NCBI RefSeq assembly: GCF_006345805.1
Contig: NC_043004.1
Span: 61,690,001 to 61,754,000 of the forward strand
Direction of reading: 5' to 3'
Length of the DNA stretch: 64,000 nucleotides
Source of the DNA: Octopus sinensis
Taxonomy: Eukaryota
Below are positions 13,223 to 27,255 of this stretch, piece by piece. Position 1 is the first letter of the stretch; each line of letters starts with the position of its first letter. The notes under the pieces are model-generated. The model had not been told where the DNA came from. It ran no database searches and saw only the letters and a program-made list of their open reading frames with translations. The position numbers and the translations under genes were made by a program.

Positions 13223-13859
13223 AGAGAGAGAGAGAGATATATATACATCCACATATATATGTCCATATATGTACATAACAACACTTCTTTCGCCTTGCAG
13301 TAGATATCGTTCTGCAATGTAGGTACGCGGACACACTGAAAATGCAATATGCAAACACACATTTGTATCCTCAATTGCATGCAAGAATGTGCATCACACG
13401 TACACACACAAGCATGCCCGGCATGAATGTATAAGAAACATACATAAACACATACGCACTATATGACACGCCAACACAATATACTTTCCTATTCACAACA
13501 CATATATACACAAACAAACCCAGTCACGTATAAACATACATATGTGTCCTTGTATACTCTCTTTTGTATTGAAACGCTCCATATTGCCGGCATCGCAATT
13601 TTCTGCTTAATTTGTTTTCACTTTATGTTCTTCCTATTCCCCGTCCCCCACCAAAGACTTTCTAAATCTGTCTTCCTTTTACTGTTATCGGAAGGAAATC
13701 TGTCTGAAATATAACGGCTTTCTCAATTTCACTTAGCGTGATGGTAGAAGTATTCACAATTAAATTATTTTATCTTTTCATATTTTGATATTTGATCTTC
13801 GTATGATATTTGTGAGGTATTGTCTGTTTCTTTGTTTGTGCGTGTATGTGTATGTGTGC

Positions 13860-13906
<47 letters not shown>

Positions 13907-14574
13907 TATCTCTTTTTTGGCTGTCTCTTTCTCTCTCACTGCGTGCATGTGTATGTCTCTCTGTGTTTGCATGTGTGTGCGTGTCCGTGTGTGTTTGCAT
14001 GGCCTTATACGCATGCGTGTGTGTGTGTGTGTGCCTGTTTGTTACTGTAGGTGCATGCGGGGGTGTTCGGTTCGTTGTGTGTTTATATGTATACAGGTAT
14101 ACACAGAAGAGCGAAATAGGTAAGTTGGCACACAAACTTATATCACTCTTTAACCGTTTGCTTAAGTAGTAAAAACAATACGTATTATACGAATCGTGAG
14201 CAGACATATTTTCCGTTTGTCAATGTTTTCTTACATCGTGCTCTCTCTTTCAAAAGTTTGAAGACATCCGAGTATACCTCCTTTTTTGATCGTCTCTCTA
14301 CTAAAGCAAACCCAAATGAAGTCTCTTCGACTAATCTTAATTACTTCAATCAGTCGTGAAATTGAATACCACTCGCTAGTTAAACGTTTGCTTACTTGTA
14401 ATTAAGACGCGTACTCATGAATATGTTTGTATATGTTTATGTTTGTCGTATGTGTGTATGTATGCAGTTACGTACATATGTATGTATCTATCCATCTTAT
14501 ATATATATATGCATATATCTACGTATCTATCTATCTGTCTATCTATATATCTGCCTCTCTCTCTTTCTCTCTCC

Positions 14575-14623
<49 letters not shown>

Positions 14624-14699
14624 ATATATATACACACTGACATACATCCATACGTTCACACACATACAGACACACAACAGATATATATATATATAATAT

Positions 14700-14734
<35 letters not shown>

Positions 14735-15474
14735 TATATTTATATATATATATATACATACATATGCATACTTAGATACATACATAAATTGCGTATATAT
14801 TATTTATATTATCATTTAATTGAAATCCACGCATTCATTTCCAATTTTAGCTGCAACTCTACTCTGTGCTGTTTCCTTTCTCCGTCCTTTTCTAATTTCC
14901 TTTCTTCCCTTCTCCCTCTTTTACAGTTTTCTATCTCTCTCTCTCTCTCTCTCCCGCTTTCCTTTCCCTCTCTCTCGTTGCTCACGTGTGACCATCGTCC
15001 ATCTTTCTTTTCCTCACGTAAGCTTCTCCCTTTCCCTGCACGGACGTTCAAGGGACTGGGTGTTTTTTTTTCTCTCTCTCCTATCTTTTCTCATTCCAAG
15101 AAAATATTTCTCCTACCGTTTACTATTTACCGCTCGTTCTGGTCTAACCACCTTACACGTTTGTTTTCATTCATTTTCCTTGCATGTCTCAACTGTCCTC
15201 TTTTTGTCCCCAACTTTGACTCTACATACATTTATGCGAGAGTCTCATATTGTCACTGAATGCTCGAAATGAGGAGTAGATAGAAAGGCGACCAGCCATG
15301 AAGGGTCGTTTCTATGGGTTTACTTCTCCTGTTTACCATTTCGCCCCTCGTTGTTTGCGTATTTAACACGTTTGCTTAAGTATTTCAGTTGGTGACGTCC
15401 TGTACCCACACATTAACGACACCGAATTTTACTGAGATCTTAACTCTTTCTCTCTCTCCCTGTCTATGGTATAT

Positions 15475-15532
<58 letters not shown>

Positions 15533-15639
15533 TATATATAAGTCAATAGACAACATATTTTGTATTTCAAATAGAAAATTACCCTTTAAACAGGAATTTT
15601 TACATGCTAGAAATAACAGCCAACACGGCCAAGACCCAC

Positions 15640-15870
15640 AATTTTATAGCAAATTTCGAAACAAATGAAAAATAAAAACCTTTACCTTGCTATATAACGT
15701 TTATACCATGGTTTCGGATTACTTTACAAATAATATCGCTTGCCATCTTTTAATAGATAATTTAGCAAGCCATATTATCTACCAATCCTATTTTGAAATA
15801 CGATATGTGGTCTATTGACTTTTTATACATGCTATGCCACTGGTGGTGATATTTATAACGAGTATTCGCC

Positions 15871-15908
<38 letters not shown>

Positions 15909-16233
15909 ATTATGAATATGTTCTTAGCATTCTCGAAGTTTCAACTTGGCATTGTATCTATTCCTGACTGTAAATACGCGTGCGCGCGATATTTGAAAAA
16001 TTATAGCATATAATGATGGGACACGTGTTATCTTGTCTCTGAATTATAAGTTAGTTGTTTAGGCCGGTTACAGACGAGGATTCGCCTGGTCGATAATATG
16101 GTCTTGCTAAATTATCTATTAAAAGATGGCAAGCGATATTATTTGATAAAGTAATCCGAAAGTATGGTATAACCGTTATATAGCAAGGTAAAGGTTTTTA
16201 TTTTCCATTTGCTTCGAAATTTGCTATAAAATT
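15640..16233. repeat. inverted repeat: about 140-bp arms (15640-15779 and 16092-16233), about 310-bp spacer
   Basis: Arms align as reverse complements at roughly 90% by eye. A second shorter inverted pair lies at 15541-15580 and 15784-15820. Confidence 0.85.
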
Positions 16234-16236
16234 ATG

Positions 16237-16281
<45 letters not shown>

Positions 16282-16377
16282 TATATATAATATATATATA
16301 TGTGTGTGTAGGTGTGTGTGTTTGTGTTTGTGTGTATATAATATAATATATATACTTATATATATTTTCCTTAGAAG

Positions 16378-16530
16378 TAGAAGAAGAGGAGGGAGGAAAA
16401 GAAAATTAAGAAAAGGATGAGAAGGAGGAGGAGGAAGAGAAGAAGAAGAGGAAGAAGAAGAGAAGAAGGAGAAGAAGAAGAGAAGAAGAAGAAGAAGAAG
16501 AAGAAGAAGAAGAAGAAGAAGAAGAAGATA
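16378..16530. repeat. (GAA)n/(GGA)n polypurine microsatellite
   Basis: Direct reading. Confidence 0.95.
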
Positions 16531-16742
16531 ATATCGGAGGGGAGAAATAGATTGTGGAGACAAGCATTCTAAGATTGTTAACTCATATCATAGCACTTCA
16601 TAAGAGTTATCAAATTAATTAACGGTGCCGAAATTTTACTGAGATGTGAAACCAGTAAACCAGATTAATTTGCTCATCTATATTTATCTCATACGGAGTC
16701 ATATTTTACTGAAGGTGTTTTACATATATATATAGATATATA

Positions 16743-16966
16743 CAATGTTGGCGAAAAGTCACCTGGCATTAGGTCAAAACTATTTAATTCAAAGATTTAT
16801 TTACGTTTAACAACTAAATATGTTTAATAAAAGCATATAAATACAGCGTGATTTAACTCGCAACATTCACTTATTAAACATTCATAACACTAATGAAAAA
16901 ATATAATGAAATATTAAGTCCTTATGGAAATTTGATTTACTCTCGGTGACTTTTGGACCAACCCTG
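16743..16966. mobile_element. Tc1/mariner-type MITE
   Basis: Imperfect TIRs CAATGTTGGCGAAAAGTCACC and GGTGACTTTTGGACCAACCCTG, flanked by TA on both sides; AT-rich non-coding interior. Confidence 0.65.
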
Positions 16967-17052
16967 TATATATTTACGTATGTGTATGTATACACACAAC
17001 AACACACACACACACATATATATATATATATTATATATTATATATAGATAGT

Positions 17053-17099
<47 letters not shown>

Positions 17100-17980
17100 T
17101 ATATATTATATATATATTGTGTGTGTGTGTGTGTGTGTATATATAAATTATGATTAAGGGCATCTAAGAGAAGATACCACCATACTAAAGATAGCAATCA
17201 AAACCTGAAACTGAAATCATATCATATACTCATAAGCACAAGGGTGAAAATTACTGGATAATCCCACTTCCGGATCCCTCGCAATGTAATAGAATATACT
17301 TTGCCATCAGTGAGCCATACCAAAAAGGGGTAAAATTACAAATATATAAATATAAACATATATTATATATATCATATATATATATAATATATATATATAT
17401 ACGTATATATATATATATATATGGATGTATGTATGTATATATGTATATATGCAACATACCAATACTCTCAAATATACACATAAACTCACATATGTATGTA
17501 GGTATATACACAAAAGGTTCGATTGTCCATTCGAACACCAGTTGCTATATGGTCAAAATACCACTGCAAGGAATAAAATGAAGTATGTATATAAATTCCT
17601 ATTTAAATATGGATAAGACTGTTTTTTTTTAAATAACGATCATTTCAATTGGCCAGCACGGGAAGAAAGAATCTTATAAGTTATAATTATTACGAAAAAT
17701 TATAATTAAAGGTTTCTAAGACAAGCTGCCATACTAGTGATAGCAGTAAAAACCTGATCCTAAAACCACATCATGGGTGAAAAGATAAATAGGCAAATAA
17801 ACAAGCGAAAATATCTGGATAATTCCCGTCCGGATTTCTGGCTCTGTATTCCGGATGTATAACGTTCACTTGCAAATATTTCCATGTGCTGTTTTACTAA
17901 GCAATACACAGACGCGCATGCGCGCACACACATATGCTGAGAAAGAGAGTAAGAGAGAGATAAAGAAAGAGAGACAGATA

Positions 17981-18011
<31 letters not shown>

Positions 18012-20626
18012 TCCTTAATGATTGTAATCTTGCATAGAAAATCTATAAAATATTTGTATACCCGCTGCATATTTTTTCAAACTAAGCCCTATGGGTACAT
18101 AAGTATACTGTATATAATGTACCTCTGCTTCTACGTGGTCAAAACAATAAAGGAAGTAAAATATTGGATTTAATAAAACATGGAAATACAGTGTTTCGTA
18201 GTTTCTGGTGCAGTGGTAATGTAGTGGGATATACAAGAAAAAACCGAGGGGTGTTGTTTGCAAAGACTATTGGAATACCAGAGCTGTGGAGCAGCATAAA
18301 ATGCAACACTTCATAAAGCGTATCATGATGTAAGATAAACGTCATGTTTTCTAATTTTCAATCGCTAAAACTTATTCATCTTCCTTTGATCGATGAAGTA
18401 TATGAAGCACTAAATTCATATAATCATCAACGTCAGCTCTGCATCTGAGAAAATCAGTTTCTTTAAGCTCTGGTGTCATCATAGTTTTTCATCCTACGTG
18501 AATGTTAAATAAAGTAGCCCGTCCAATATTGAAGTCGACTGCTTACTATCGTTGAGTTTCTTGGAAGGAAACTACATCACATACAATGCTTGTAGCTTAG
18601 TTATCTTTGTGTATCTTATTGAGACGAAGAAGTATGTTATTGACACATGTGGTTTTGGAATACTCAGCTGCTTGCTGTTGGCACCAGACAAATTGCGGAT
18701 AAACTAAACACTTGTGGGGTAGAGAATCCATCACTAGAATTCAATATTCTTTGCTCTGCTGTAACAGACCGAATGTGTTCACCACTTTAAAATGTGTTTT
18801 TAAAAGTCTCATTAAAATCTGCATATACAGTCTTTACCCACGGATTGTAATAAATAGATGATGACGGTAACCTTAGCTTTTTCATTTGTATCTTGTAAAT
18901 TTTTCCCAATAGGGTTTTTTTTTTATAAACTTACACAATAGAATTTTATTCTAGTTTTCTCATTAGTAGCGAGGCTGCTTCTTTTTATCAAGTCAGTTAT
19001 ATATCGTAAAAATCATATATAAGACAAGGTGTGACGAGATGAGTTTTTAGTAGATAAAAATTCCCAGCAAGTTGTTATCTTGCCAGTTATGTTCACAAAC
19101 ATAATGCGATTTTGTTGTCACCTATATTCTGTTCGAACTCAGGGAAAAAGTTATCTATTTAAGAGGGAATACATCTGTAAAAAGAAGCAACGGGGAATTT
19201 GTGAAACAGGAACGGGGATTATGACTAGAAAGAAAGTAGAAAGATGCAAATAATAGATGGTAAGAGACGTAAAATAATTTTGTCAGGAATTTTGTGTTGC
19301 TTATTATTTCGATTCTGAAATTTCTTCCCAATGTAGTTCCATCTTTTTTACCTATCAGACCTTCCAATAATTGCTTTATCGCATTAAGGTAATACTTACT
19401 ATATAAACTAACGTGGATATACGAGGTTTATGCAACATATTTTTAGTGGCACAGAGGTTTTAACTCTGCTCATGAGACACAGCTAATTATATGATAGAAA
19501 TTCACCATTTTGAACCTCAGTAAAATCTCTCCATCTCATCCTACTATGAGGCTTACTTTCCCCTTTACTAGATCACTTCCGATAAAAAAAAATGACAAAG
19601 CTTTCAACAACTTGACAATTTCATTGACTCCCAGAGACTGGGACGGAGTTACACAACCATGCTTATCTTGTGATACCCTACTTGCATTTAATCCATCCGG
19701 CCCTTCACTTACCAATTTGTTAAGAACCTTCTCTGAAGAATGCCAGCTCTCTGCAATTTTCTCCTTGCTCATATTTTTTTTGCAGGTGTTTTGGTGCAAT
19801 AAATGAAGCGTAACGGTAAACGACATCATGCTGACAGACATCGAGACATCTTGAATTTTTAAAATAATTATCACTGTTTTCAGATTCAACTCAAACACTA
19901 ACAACAATGAATCATGAAATACATAATATTGAAGATACTTTGTCACATACGTATCGATCTTTCTTTCCCTTAGGGAATCGACAAATCCTAAACATTTCTT
20001 GTATATATTGAATATATGTATGAGAGGTATTACACGTATATATCATGCTCATGCATTCTACCATGACTCAGAAATATTAATTGGGCTAATAAATCACAGT
20101 AATTCGTGTTATCTACATGTATCACACATTAATTCATTCACCTTCACGCGAGTATTTTATATCAGTTACATTCTGTTCACAAAACTTTTTTTCGTTTATG
20201 TCCGAAATTTTTAATACGCATACTATATTTTCTTTGTTACTGAAATGATGTGGCAAAAGGTTACACAGCAAAAGAAGAGATGGCTAATAATCTATTAATA
20301 ATACATTTCAAGCAAATTAGTAAAACCGTGCACTCATTGGAATTCAAGGATCGTATCTGTGTATATTGAAGAACATTTCCATAACGTGACAAATCACGAG
20401 ATTTGAAATAATAACGAAGCGAATAATATTTTTAAATTGCAGTTTGTGAGCTGCTCATGAAAATTGAACCTTCCTTGCAATATGTGAATTTCTCTAGTGT
20501 AATATTTCGACATTCTCTCAAGTAGAGAAAGAAACGGTTTGAAAAGTAGAAACACGAATCTTAGACTGGAAGTCGGATAACAATGTTGTCATCTCCCTCT
20601 CTGCCCCTCTCTCTCTCACTCTGCAT

Positions 20627-20906
<280 letters not shown>

Positions 20907-22604
20907 GCTTAAAAGTAAACGGCTGTCCACAGTAACATGGATAAACATATCTATGTGCAAAGAAAGATAATAATGGAAGTTTGGCTAGCATTGTATATGT
21001 GAGTCTATACAGTTATTTCGTGATATAATTCTCGAATGTCTGAGATACTTTGATGTTCACTTTGATGGATTGTAGCTGTAATAACTTGATTAAGTATGTT
21101 CTAGCTGATATAGAGAAACTGACATTCTCAGTGTTGTTACTAAAGCAGGTAATCACATATCTAAGTGTTTTAATAACACTAGGAATAATACGGCAGATAC
21201 TTCATCAATCGGCGTCGTTAATTTCTTTTTCATCCATATTCAACATAATGCTGAGATTTTCTGTGCGACTGCTTACTCTGGTGTGCATAAACTCTTTCCT
21301 CAATCCCGGATAAGTATCTGAAGTCTCTGGTTTAATTTTATTCACAACTTGACAGGAACATTTCACTGATGACTTTTTAAAATTGTATGAGAAATTGTGA
21401 AATTTACGTCAATGTACATTTTCTTTCATTTGTATCTTTACGATTGTTCATTCTGTGGAATTTCTTGCATACTGTGCAAACCTCGAAGCATGCTGTCATT
21501 TTTATTGTTACCTGCATTTTGCCCTGCCTTGTTGGATAGATGCGTTCGAATCATTTTTGAGAATCATATTTTTTTTAAATGTCTACATCCATATTGCAAC
21601 AACATTTACTTCAAACACAGAGTAATCTCGTTTATAAGCCATAGTATGCTGCTCTGAATGTCAATATTCTTATAGTACGGATATTGAAAATATAGAAAGG
21701 TAACACATTTTACTGATATGATGACCTTTTGCGGCATAGACGGGTATTTAATCGTCATGATTAACTTCCACATTTTATGCTTAAAATACCTCGAACTGCT
21801 TGATACGATAGACATTAAGGTATCTGTGTGCGAATTGCAAATATATATATATATATGCCTGCTAGCTCTGAGTTCAAGCGTTCCTATAGGACATGTAGAG
21901 CCAATGCATTACCACTTCACAAAAAGTGCGTATAAGATTAGCTGTGTTGCATTTTACACCAACCATGATTATTATTTTGATCCTTGTTTGATCATGAAAT
22001 CATTGAGTGGATATCGCTACTGTTTACATGTAACACTCTTATGACAAAGAAAAGCATTTCCCTCGTTTGTTGTAGAAATAGGCAGTATTATCAATTTCCT
22101 TGAAAATAAAGACATTTGTTTTGTAACTTAACTATCACGGTGCAGAAGAAATTTAGTTTGCAATATAAAACTAGAGATAGTAACCACCAATTCAGTAAAG
22201 AAATGGGGGTAAATCAGTGCTTATTTCATGCATGTCTTTAGGAGAAACTCTAAAAGTAATCTCTCACACTGAGCAGTATTGCTTATATAAGATATGAGAA
22301 GAGAATACACGATTAATCAAAAGATAAATAATACAAGACACGCTAAAATGCTTGAAACAAATGCGAGTATGTCAAAATATATGTAAGCTTTTTGGTACCG
22401 AAGAAGGACTCTTTAGGCTTAAACACCAAATATTTGCAAGATGATTTGCTCGTAAATGTATTCAGGGAAAACTTAACATATATGCATGTAAATATACACA
22501 GACTACACGCACACATGCATAAATACATACCAGACATATATACACAAACGCACACATACACATATATATATATACATGTATGTATATGTGTGTATACTTC
22601 AGAC

Positions 22605-22735
22605 GTGGGTGTGTAGTAAGAAATTTACTTCCCAACCACAAGATACTGCATGCACTCCGAATGACTAGTGACTTCTAAAATAAGTTCAAGTGGATTTGGT
22701 AGACGGAAACTGAAAGAAGATAGTCATACGCTTAC
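22605..22735 (+). mobile_element. rearranged SINE family 1 head fragment
   Basis: GTGTGTAGTAAG...CAACCAC and GTGGATTTGGTAGACGGAAACTGAAAGAAG blocks. Confidence 0.6.
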
Positions 22736-22768
22736 ACACACATACACCTGTTGTATGTGTGCGTATGC

Positions 22769-22840
<72 letters not shown>

Positions 22841-22848
<8 letters not shown>

Positions 22849-23101
22849 ATATTTCGGAATGGTCATTTGGCCAGTTTAGCCAATAAAAACACACGCACTA
22901 TATATTTGGTGTTATTTTGCTTCAGTGTTATTTATTTTTTACATTAATCTTAATCTTATTTCGGCCAGACTTCTTTCGTCACACTCCTGTGACCGCATCA
23001 GTTGTCCTTTGTTTTCTTCTTTCTTATTTGTGTCTCTCCTTACTAACCGTCAGCCATTTTGGCTAAACTGGCAAAATGACAATTCCGAAATATAACAATA
23101 T
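22841..23101 (-). mobile_element. (TA)n-adjacent element with 43-bp inverted termini, probably a PLE terminus
   Basis: 22841-22883 and 23059-23101 are reverse complements with 2 mismatches; degenerate hammerhead-like motif inside on the minus strand (23007-22963). Confidence 0.65.
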
Positions 23102-24190
23102 CTGTTTCAATACACGACTTCACGTAAAAAATCTTGCACAACAAATATTTAAACGTTTTTATATATATATTGAATGATTTTATTATATAGGATCAATTCT
23201 ATTAAGCGTTCGCCGTGTATTGGTTAACAGATTAGTCTAATATCAGGGAATACAATACCTCCACGGAAAAAAATGTTTATAAACACGCAAATACTTCTTT
23301 ATCACTTTCTATGATTTTTTTAGAATTTGATAGATACTATCTGATTTTTAACAGGCACAAAAAGTGGGCGCCATGTGTAACCTCAAATATTATAGCTTTA
23401 AAATTGATAAAAAATTAAACCAGAATATAAATAACACAGTTAGTGAAGTCATACTATGGGATAATACCTCTGACAAAGATTAGGGTGAAAATTTGTATGT
23501 TTATAGTACTCATAAAGAAATAATGGTAGAGGAAATATTAAGAATGGAAGAAAAAGAATAATAGGACAGTAAATAGGGAACAAAAGTACTATTATGCCTC
23601 ATTGATAATATTGCATGTTTTCTGCAAATCCAATACATGCGTCATAACCTTCTACTCAAATGCCAAATGAGAAGTCGCATATGTATAGAACATGTAAAAC
23701 ATCACCCCCCCACACACACAAACTATATTTAAAAGCGTCACCACACATGGCACTATATGAGCAGGCACACGGTATAGTTGCACACACTTACACATGCACA
23801 TACTCAGACACGCCAGTGTCACCATGTTCTTATTTACACACACACACACTTGCACATACGTACACATCCGTCTTAGATACACGCACACGCAGGCACACCT
23901 TCACTTCGAATCAGCAGCACTTGCTTATCTCCTTTTTTTCTATCCTGTTTATCAAACTATTTTTCTAATCATGCACCATGCTTGACCGCTAAATCTAACT
24001 TTTTTTTCTTTTCATTGTCACGCCGTTTATTTCTCATATTCCACTCTGTTGAAGAGCGTAGGCTCGAAAGGTAAAATACGTTTTCATTCGCCCGAAGGTC
24101 AATCTAATACAGCTGCTTGTTTCAACTATATTTCAAAAAAAAATTATGTATATATATATATATACATACACAAACAAGCACAAACACACT

Positions 24191-24223
<33 letters not shown>

Positions 24224-24247
24224 ACACACACACATACACACACATAC

Positions 24248-24287
<40 letters not shown>

Positions 24288-24973
24288 ATACATATAAATC
24301 TGCATATGTTTTTCAATAGTGGGTATATGATATTGGAATCATGTTTCTTCTTTAAATAGAATAGAAAAGGCATTGTACCTCGCTAGAAGAACACAATGGA
24401 GACTAATGTAATACAGCATAATTAAAAAAATAATTAGTCTATAAGAAAAGAAAATGGACATCTATGAGATACTTTTTCTAGTAATTAGCGATCCTCGAGA
24501 TACTTCTAACCAGAGATTCAAGTACACATTTTAATGATATCATACAGACAATAAATTACTACGACCATCAATATTTCGAGAGCTTAATTTTCCTCCTACT
24601 TAAGAGAAATTGATAAATCAGATAATTAAATGTAATAATGCCCTGTTTTTCAGAAGCTTTCAAAAACGATTGATGTGTAAATTCTATGTATATATATACA
24701 CATATGAACCATGATTAGATCGAGTAGGTTTTAGCAATGCCTTTTAGAGACGAATATTTGCAACCTCTGCATAATTAATCATATAAATGTGCTATTTTTG
24801 CATTACAATTATCGCTAATATTATACCGTCATAATGACTATAATTATTACAATCACTTTAGATCTAAAATATTGAAACTAAATCTCATTGTTTAGTATCA
24901 TGAAATAGAATATGAGGTTATCAGTAATTGTAGAAAAACGATGGTAGATACATACACACACACACACACATAA

Positions 24974-25033
<60 letters not shown>

Positions 25034-25200
25034 TTTTATTGTATCGCATTTATCTTTGTATATATATATATATATATATAAATATGCATATGTATATATA
25101 TATATACAAATGTATATGCATGTATGTGTGTGTGTGTGGTGGTTGTACGTGTATGTGAAGCAGAATTCATGTACGGGTGTCGATATATGATACTATCCTT

Positions 25201-25234
<34 letters not shown>

Positions 25235-25826
25235 ATTAGTGCGTATATAAGTGTGTGCAAATGGATAAGTATGCACGGCAAGAAAGATAGCGTAAATATG
25301 TATAAATGAGTATATATCAAAACATCTTTTTCGTCCCCAATATGTGGAACTGGGTTTCCATGTCTATATTCACCAATGTGTGTCTATATCAGCATACGTG
25401 AAGGAAGATAAGTATTGTTGTACGAAATTAACTCCGGATTAAAAAGAAAAATAATTGTCACAAGACAGACAGTGATGCAAGTGTTATCAGAATGGAAATG
25501 TGATAAAAAATCATAAATGTACGCAGGTGTAATTTGCTTATCACCTAATGAGGTGCCTCAGATTGTCATATTCTCTCTATCCCACGCTCTCCCTGTCTCT
25601 TTCTCACTTTCTCCCTCTCTAAACAATCAGATTAACGCCAAGGCATAAACCGGCAAAGACGTGTCCCGTTGTATATATCAATTATCAGCCGGAAATATGC
25701 ATGTGCATACCTGATGGTCTGTGTATTTATGTATATGTATGAGTATGTATAGATATAGTTGTATATAAGTATGTGTGTGCTAATATACATACACACGCGC
25801 ATATATGTATGCATATGTATATATAT

Positions 25827-25885
<59 letters not shown>

Positions 25886-26025
25886 CATATATATATATAT
25901 ATACACGCGCATATCTATAGCTATGAATGTGTAGATACAGGTAAAAGTATGGATGAGTATGGGCTTACCTCTCTATCTATCTATCTACCTATTTATCTAT
26001 CTATATGAATCTATCTGTCTATCTG

Positions 26026-26080
<55 letters not shown>

Positions 26081-26101
26081 GCAAACACACACACACATAC
26101 A

Positions 26102-26148
<47 letters not shown>

Positions 26149-26202
26149 CATACATATACACACATATATATATACATATCCGCTACATATATATACATGT
26201 CC

Positions 26203-26274
26203 GCCTGCATTGCTCAGTCGGTAGAGCCACAGATTTTAATCTGAGGGTCGCGGGTTCATGTCCCTCTGCGGGTG
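26203..26274 (+). pseudogene. tRNA-Lys(UUU)-derived pseudogene
   Basis: Cloverleaf: acceptor GCCTGCA/TGCGGGT, D arm GCTC-AGTCGGTA-GAGC, anticodon arm CAGA-TTTTAA-TCTG with a 6-nt loop (C32 missing), T loop TTCATGT, one T-stem mismatch. Colinear with canonical metazoan tRNA-Lys(TTT). Confidence 0.75.
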
Positions 26275-26285
26275 CATTATTTGTT

Positions 26286-26385
26286 TAGGTGCAGGGGCGT
26301 CTGTGTAGTAAGTAGCTTGCTTAATAACCACATGGTTTCGGGTCCGGTCCCACTGCGTGGCACCTTTGGCAAGCGTATTCTACTA
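26286..26385 (+). mobile_element. SINE family 1 head fragment
   Basis: GGTGCAGGGGCGTCTGTGTAGTAAGTAGCTTGC...CCCACTGCGTGGCACCTTTGGCAAG. Confidence 0.8.
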
Positions 26386-27109
26386 TATAGAGAGAGAGGA
26401 AACAGAGGCGGAGAGAGAGAAAGAATGAGAGATAGAGAGAAACAGAAGATGGAATATACTCGATCGCTTCTACTCATACTTCATTGCTCCCTAGTGTATG
26501 GAAATCAATGGAGTTCATTTCGCTGCATCACAAGGCACTGAACCATATAATCAAGTGACATGATACAGTTTCTCATTATTTCGTCCTTATGATCATCTAG
26601 AACATATTGATAGCATTTGCGGCTTAAATAGACTTAGAAAGAACATAAAAGGACAGATTTATTTGCGAAGCTGACGGGACAATGATGACGTAATTGTGAA
26701 AAAAATAAAACAAAGGAAAGAATAAAGGAAATAAAGAAAAATTAAGTAAAATAAATGACACTATTAAGTGTGTCAGTGTTTGAGTGTTTTTAAATGACAT
26801 TTTTTTTACAAATATCTTTCAGTGTGTGTAAATTATATCTGAATTTGACGGAAGTCAAATAGTTAGCATGCACACATACCAAGTGACACACATCACAATT
26901 TTCTTCTGGACTTTCAAATTAGCTTTTCTAGATATACTAGATGTATGACAATATGTGTATGTGCCAACCAAAGTCTGGGTGGGGCAAACATATGGAAGAA
27001 CACCAAGTTAATATACATTTATTCAAAGAACACCTTTGGAAATGAAACATTTTAAACAGTACTATAAGAGGATATATTACAAAGGATTTGTTAAGTTGCA
27101 TTTAATGTT

Positions 27110-27255
27110 AGGAAACAATGCCTACCGGGAGTCACTTTGAATTTCATCCACACTGGGAGGATAAAATAAGAACCAGCTGAGCAAAGGTGTCGACGTAATG
27201 GACGTATACCTGCCTCCAAAATTGCCGGCCTTGTGTCAAGATTTGAAATCAATAT
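27110..27255 (+). mobile_element. old SINE family 2-related 3' fragment
   Basis: GATAAAATAAGAACCAGCTGAGCAAAGGTGTCGACGTAATGGAC...GGCCTTGTGTCAAGATTTGAAATC resembles the reverse complement of the 62352-62460 segment. Confidence 0.4.

Noticed and set aside
14417-15259. 280-aa ORF, the longest non-transposon ORF in the track
   Set aside because: Made of (TA)n/(CA)n/(CT)n read-through (YIYI, SLSL); no protein-like composition. The same applies to most ORFs in the track.
18086-18316. ATG-less 76-codon open frame on the plus strand
   Set aside because: No splice signals or motifs; length is within chance.
19536-19946. 136-aa minus-strand ORF as a standalone gene
   Set aside because: No recognisable domain and it runs through a consensus splice donor; kept only as a possible exon.
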